A stretch of 64,000 bases of DNA from Octopus bimaculoides (lineage: Eukaryota), in NCBI RefSeq assembly GCF_001194135.2, contig NC_068985.1, forward strand, positions 107,430,549 to 107,494,548. Reading direction: 5' to 3'. Below, in pieces: positions 59,546 through 64,000 of the stretch; position 1 is the stretch's first letter, and the number at the start of each line of letters is the position of its first letter. The position numbers and the translations under genes were made by a program. A model generated the notes under the pieces. It ran no database searches. It saw only the letters and a list, made by a program, of their open reading frames with translations, and had not been told where the DNA came from.

Positions 59546-59757
59546 ATTCACTTATTTACATTGTTTGATAGCTAATAACAATATGAGTGCAGGTGTGGCT
59601 GTGAGGAGATAAGAAGCTTGCTTCCCAATCACATAGTCCTGGCTTCAGTCCAACTATGTGGCACCTTGGGCAAATATCTTCTACTATAGCCTTGGGCCGA
59701 CCAAAGCCTTGTGAGTGGATTTGGTAGATGGAAACTGAAAGAAGCCTGTTGTATATG

Positions 59758-59788
<31 letters not shown>

Positions 59789-60880
59789 GTCTTTGTGTCT
59801 GTTTGTCCCATCACTGCTCGATAACTGGTGTTGGTGTATTTACATCCCGTAACTTAGTGGTTTGGTAATAAAGACTGATAGAATAAGTACTAGGCTTAGC
59901 TTTAAAAAAATAAGTCCTGAGGCTGATTTGTCAACTAAAACCCTACAAGGTGGTGCTCCAGTATGTCCACCATCAAATGACTGAAACAAGTAAAAGAAAA
60001 AAAGAATGAACATCTGTTGCAATGTATGATTATGTTCAGTTCTTACTCATTGAGTGTGAGACTGTCATTTGCTTCAGCTTGTCACTTGACATTGCCTGTC
60101 TGTGACTTTATATTGTGTAAGCTGCCCTAAATCAAAGTGTGACTAACTGTGACCAGCAACTTGTTGATTCATTAATATTTTTGCTGATGTCAGTCTATGA
60201 AATTGGTGTGTAGTTGTTGAGTGTCAGTGGTTAGTTTGTCCATTGCTCAAGTTCAAAGATCCTGTTTCCATTTACAAAAACTTTCCTAATCGGAAAACAA
60301 CTAGCTTGAGTTCAAACTGAAGCAGAGATATGCTACAGCAAATTGCTGCAGGTTCCTGGTGTATACAATATAATTGGTGTCATTTGGCTGTCTGTTCAAT
60401 GTATAGTAGTTATCATGCCCTTCCCAACTTATGGTTTAGTCAGTGGGTAGGAATGTATCATGGCCTTTGCAAGCAAGAAAGAGAGAGAGAGAGAAAGTGG
60501 AAGTAGTTTTTATCTCTAGATGTGAGCAGTATTCTGATGCGAGTCTTAAGCTCTGTGAGAGGGGTAGCAACTGGTTGGTAGGTGCTTAAATATTTTTGGG
60601 TCTTGAAGAAGAGAGGCCTAGTCTCTAGGGTGCAGTTTTAGCAATTTTATGCATGCGGTTAACACCAAGAAAGACCTGCTTCCATTGAAAAAAATGCTTT
60701 AGGGTAACCCTTCTTTTTACTGCATATTTACAATATTTACATTTATATTCAGGTTTGATAAGTTTGATTTCCCAGTTGTCATCAGTGTCTTATACGGTGG
60801 TCTCAGACTGAAATCAAACTAAGAACTTAATGTTAGCAGTCCACTGGGTTAGTAAATAAGGAAACTTATTACGAAATATA

Positions 60881-61177
60881 CAGGGTGTACACAAAGTCTG
60901 GCTACATGGATTAAATAAAATCATAGCATAAACAATTAAATATAAGAAATAATAATTTCTTAAAGTATGTGTTAATCCCCATGTGGGTACACGGAGTAAA
61001 CAAAATCATAACATAAACAATTAAATATAAGAAATAATAATTTCTTAAAGTATGTGTTAATCCCCATGTGGATACATGGAGTAAATAAAATCATAACATA
61101 AACGATTAAATATAAAAAATAATAATTTCTTAAAATAGGTGTTAATCCGCATGTACCCAGATTTTGTGGACATCCTG
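60881..61177. mobile_element. Tc1/mariner-type MITE filled with three 85-bp tandem units
   Basis: TA|CAGGGTGTACACAAAGTCTGG and CCAGATTTTGTGGACATCCTG|TA; units start at 60912, 60997, 61082. Confidence 0.85.
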
Positions 61178-62214
61178 TAGATTCCTAAACTGTATCCAGA
61201 ATGGAATAATTTCCTCGTCAAAGAGCAAGATACCTGATGGTGATTGAGGATCAAAGTGGTTGAAGTCTAGTTTGTATATAAATATTGTAAATATGTACAG
61301 TAAGTTCCAGTGGCAGGTAAATTATAATGCTAGTAATTATACTTTACATAGGCACAAGGCCTTAACAGCAGCTTTATATAAAGAAAAAAAGGTGTAGTTA
61401 ATTATATTGATTTTAGTACTTGACAGGATTCTTTCATTTTAACAACCCCACAAAAAGACAAAAGACAAAGCTGACTTTAGTAAAATTTGAACTCAAAATG
61501 TAAAGAACCAAAACAATTACCACAAGGTATTTGTTGTGTTTGATACCATGGCTGAGACATTTGAGCTGAAGTTTCATTTTTAAAAGTCTTTATATGACAA
61601 AAATTTAAAAACAAAAAAACCATACTTGAATAAAACATTTCATGTGAAAAGCATTTTGTCACATGAAAGTGAATTTTTTTTGTAACTAAATTTATAACTG
61701 TTAACAAGTTTTGTATGTAATTTCTAAAAAAAACCACTGCCGCCGCCGCCACCACCACCACCACCACCACCACATTCCTGCACTCAAGGCTATCACTGAT
61801 TCATTGCATTTTTGATGATGTGAGGGACGAGGGAATGTCTGGAATAGTATCTTCTGTACAGAAACAACACAACTAAAAAACCATCATAGTCACTATGGTA
61901 AGCCTTCATTGAACCTTGGATGGTGACTTCAAATATATAACATTCTTAAAACTATAACTCAATAATCTGGTTTCGTCATTGAAGCCAGAAAATACTTCAG
62001 ATTAAACTACAGCGGACATTGATCATAACTGCAATATATTACAATTTTAGTAGAAAGTGGGTTATACATCTTTAGATTGTATACCTGACTTTCTACTATA
62101 AAATTAAAGAAATAGACGGAACGCTGAACTCCAGACTAAACAACTTAAACAACATTTATTTGCTTGGTAAAACATACATATCTTTAGTTATACATCTTTA
62201 GAGGTGAGAATAAC

Positions 62215-62375
62215 TAGCTGTCGAGTATAAGACCGAAAGATGTAGAGACAGCTTTTAAACATACGTCCATGCTCAATCGCTGGCCAGCGTGAAAGAGAAT
62301 GAATTGAGCGGGAAACGCTTGCTTGTTTAATTCTACGCATGCGTAAGACTACGCATGCGCAGGCATTACTACACA
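62215..62375. promoter_or_regulatory. CpG-enriched promoter-like island with tandem NRF1-like palindromes and an E2F-like site
   Basis: TACGCATGCGTA 62334-62345, TACGCATGCGCA 62350-62361, GCGGGAAA 62308-62315, minus-strand donor GTATGT after 62265. Confidence 0.5.
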
Positions 62376-64000
62376 ATCAATGTCTTACTTTGTCACAAAG
62401 TGAATAAACCTTATCATAGCATCATCGAACCACCACCAACTCATAACAGGTTTAACTGATATCCTGCTTCTTTTGTATTTTCCTTTCAAACAAAACAGAT
62501 ATTATTGCTAGAAGTTGGCAACCAACCTTTGCTCAAGACATACAGTCAACCCTTGGGATAAATACTGATTGTTTAATATGCAACACAATGGCAACTCTGA
62601 TTAACTTTACACTGTCATTGTTTTATCATCATCAATATTTTAACATCCTCTTCTCCATTCTTGCATGAGTCAGCTAGAATTTGTCAGAGGATGTGACTGA
62701 AGATTCTCATGGACAATTTCAGAAGACTAATCTAAGTGATGGTAGTGTGTACTCTATGGTGTGTGCCTGTTTAGTCCCAAATTAGCCTTCATCTAGCAGA
62801 CATCTAGTCAAAAACATTTCTATCACACCCATTTGGTCTTTTACTCCCACAAATCTAATGTACCCTACCTTTTTTAAAGTAGTAGCATGTGATTTAATGG
62901 ACATTTCCTTGGTACATCCAGCAGGTGGGTGACTGTGAAGAAGCCTGCTATAAATGGTATTGGTATTCTTTAGTGGTTTAGTAACAAATAGCAGTACCCA
63001 TGACCATTGCAGATTATCTAGACTATAAGATATATATATAACATTGTCAGTATCAATGTTAAGTTTGAACATCTGTAAACAGACAGCTACAAGAGATTTG
63101 GAAGTTATTTCTAACACATTGAATAACTACAAAGAGACTCCTTTATTTGATTCAAATGAAACTTATTCATTCAGTAGTTTAGCTGATTGCTATGAATTAT
63201 ATACTAGCCAGTTTAGTGAGTGGTGTTTATTGATTTCTGTTAGATCTCTAGCTACAACTAATGAATCAAACAAATTAGTTTCTGAAACAACTGTGAATAT
63301 ATATATATTAGAGATCCTTAAAGCATATTACTAATGTTAGTTTGGCAGGAGGAAATTGTCAATGCCCAGAAAATTGGAAATGTGCTTCCTCTCTGACCCC
63401 CTCCCCCCCGAAACATCATCATATTAATAATTCTTTCTCCACTCAGGTTCTCTTCCCACTCTCCAGCAAACACTGACTTATAGATGTTCAAACTGAACAA
63501 ATACGGGAAATCATGGGAGGGTCTGTAAATGTTATGTGAATTTCCCTTGTTTACTTTTTACATTTAATTTTCCCTTATAGCATGGATTCCACAAATCTTT
63601 TATTGAAGCATGATTTAACAGCTGAGTGTCCTGTCTATTGCTAACCCCTCCCCGTTTTCCAAGCAAGGGATCTTTTATTTCACATATCTATGAAGGTGTG
63701 CAGTGAGTGAATATGTTGTTGACAGGAGAAATTACATTACTGCTCGTAGCTTGCAGTAATTGAAGATGTGCAAATGTAAACAAACACAAACACTTGAAGG
63801 ACTTCTTTCAGTTCTCATCTACTAGTTTCACTCACAAGGTTTTGGTCAAGCTGGGGCAAATAACAGAAATAACAGAAGACACAGAGTCAAGATGCCAAGC
63901 AGTGGGAGTCAACATGAAATTATATGTTGGGAAGTGAAATTCTTAACTACACAACTACACCTGGACCCCTTCTTTTGATTGTTGTTGTTGGCATTCTGTC

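Noticed and set aside
60041-60050. ATG A|GTAAGA as the phase-1 start exon of the gelsolin-like gene
   Set aside because: It would give M-R instead of the family's usual M-x-G; no supporting acceptor or promoter context
62782-63334. Overlapping 96-111 aa ORFs on both strands
   Set aside because: No recognisable motifs or splice-consistent structure; compatible with chance or old repeat sequence

Overview
Eukaryotic, AT-rich, repeat-dense draft-assembly DNA with many N gaps beside microsatellites. The SINE/LINE/MITE repertoire suggests an octopus (coleoid cephalopod); this is an inference. Two convergent intron-rich genes were reconstructed by hand from GT-AG boundaries with consistent phases. 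ZMYND10 (+) has 10 coding exons at 2361-22951, its N-terminal exons lie upstream of the window, and its MYND finger is intact. A three-domain gelsolin/severin-like gene (-) has 12 coding exons at 57627-27364, and its ATG exon was not located. The introns are filled with tRNA-derived SINEs, Tc1/mariner/pogo/piggyBac-like MITEs, and RTE, CR1, R4-like, Gypsy, Penelope-like and Helitron-like remnants. The main signal not explained by the ORF track is a set of type I hammerhead ribozyme motifs. One is complete, with an extended stem I, and lies sense to the gelsolin-like pre-mRNA (50723-50791). One is complete but sits inside a long palindrome (43036-43094). Several others are decayed. There are also long intronic hairpins and a near-identical inverted SINE pair around two in-frame ZMYND10 exons. 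No tools were run, so element family names are pattern-based and many element boundaries are approximate.
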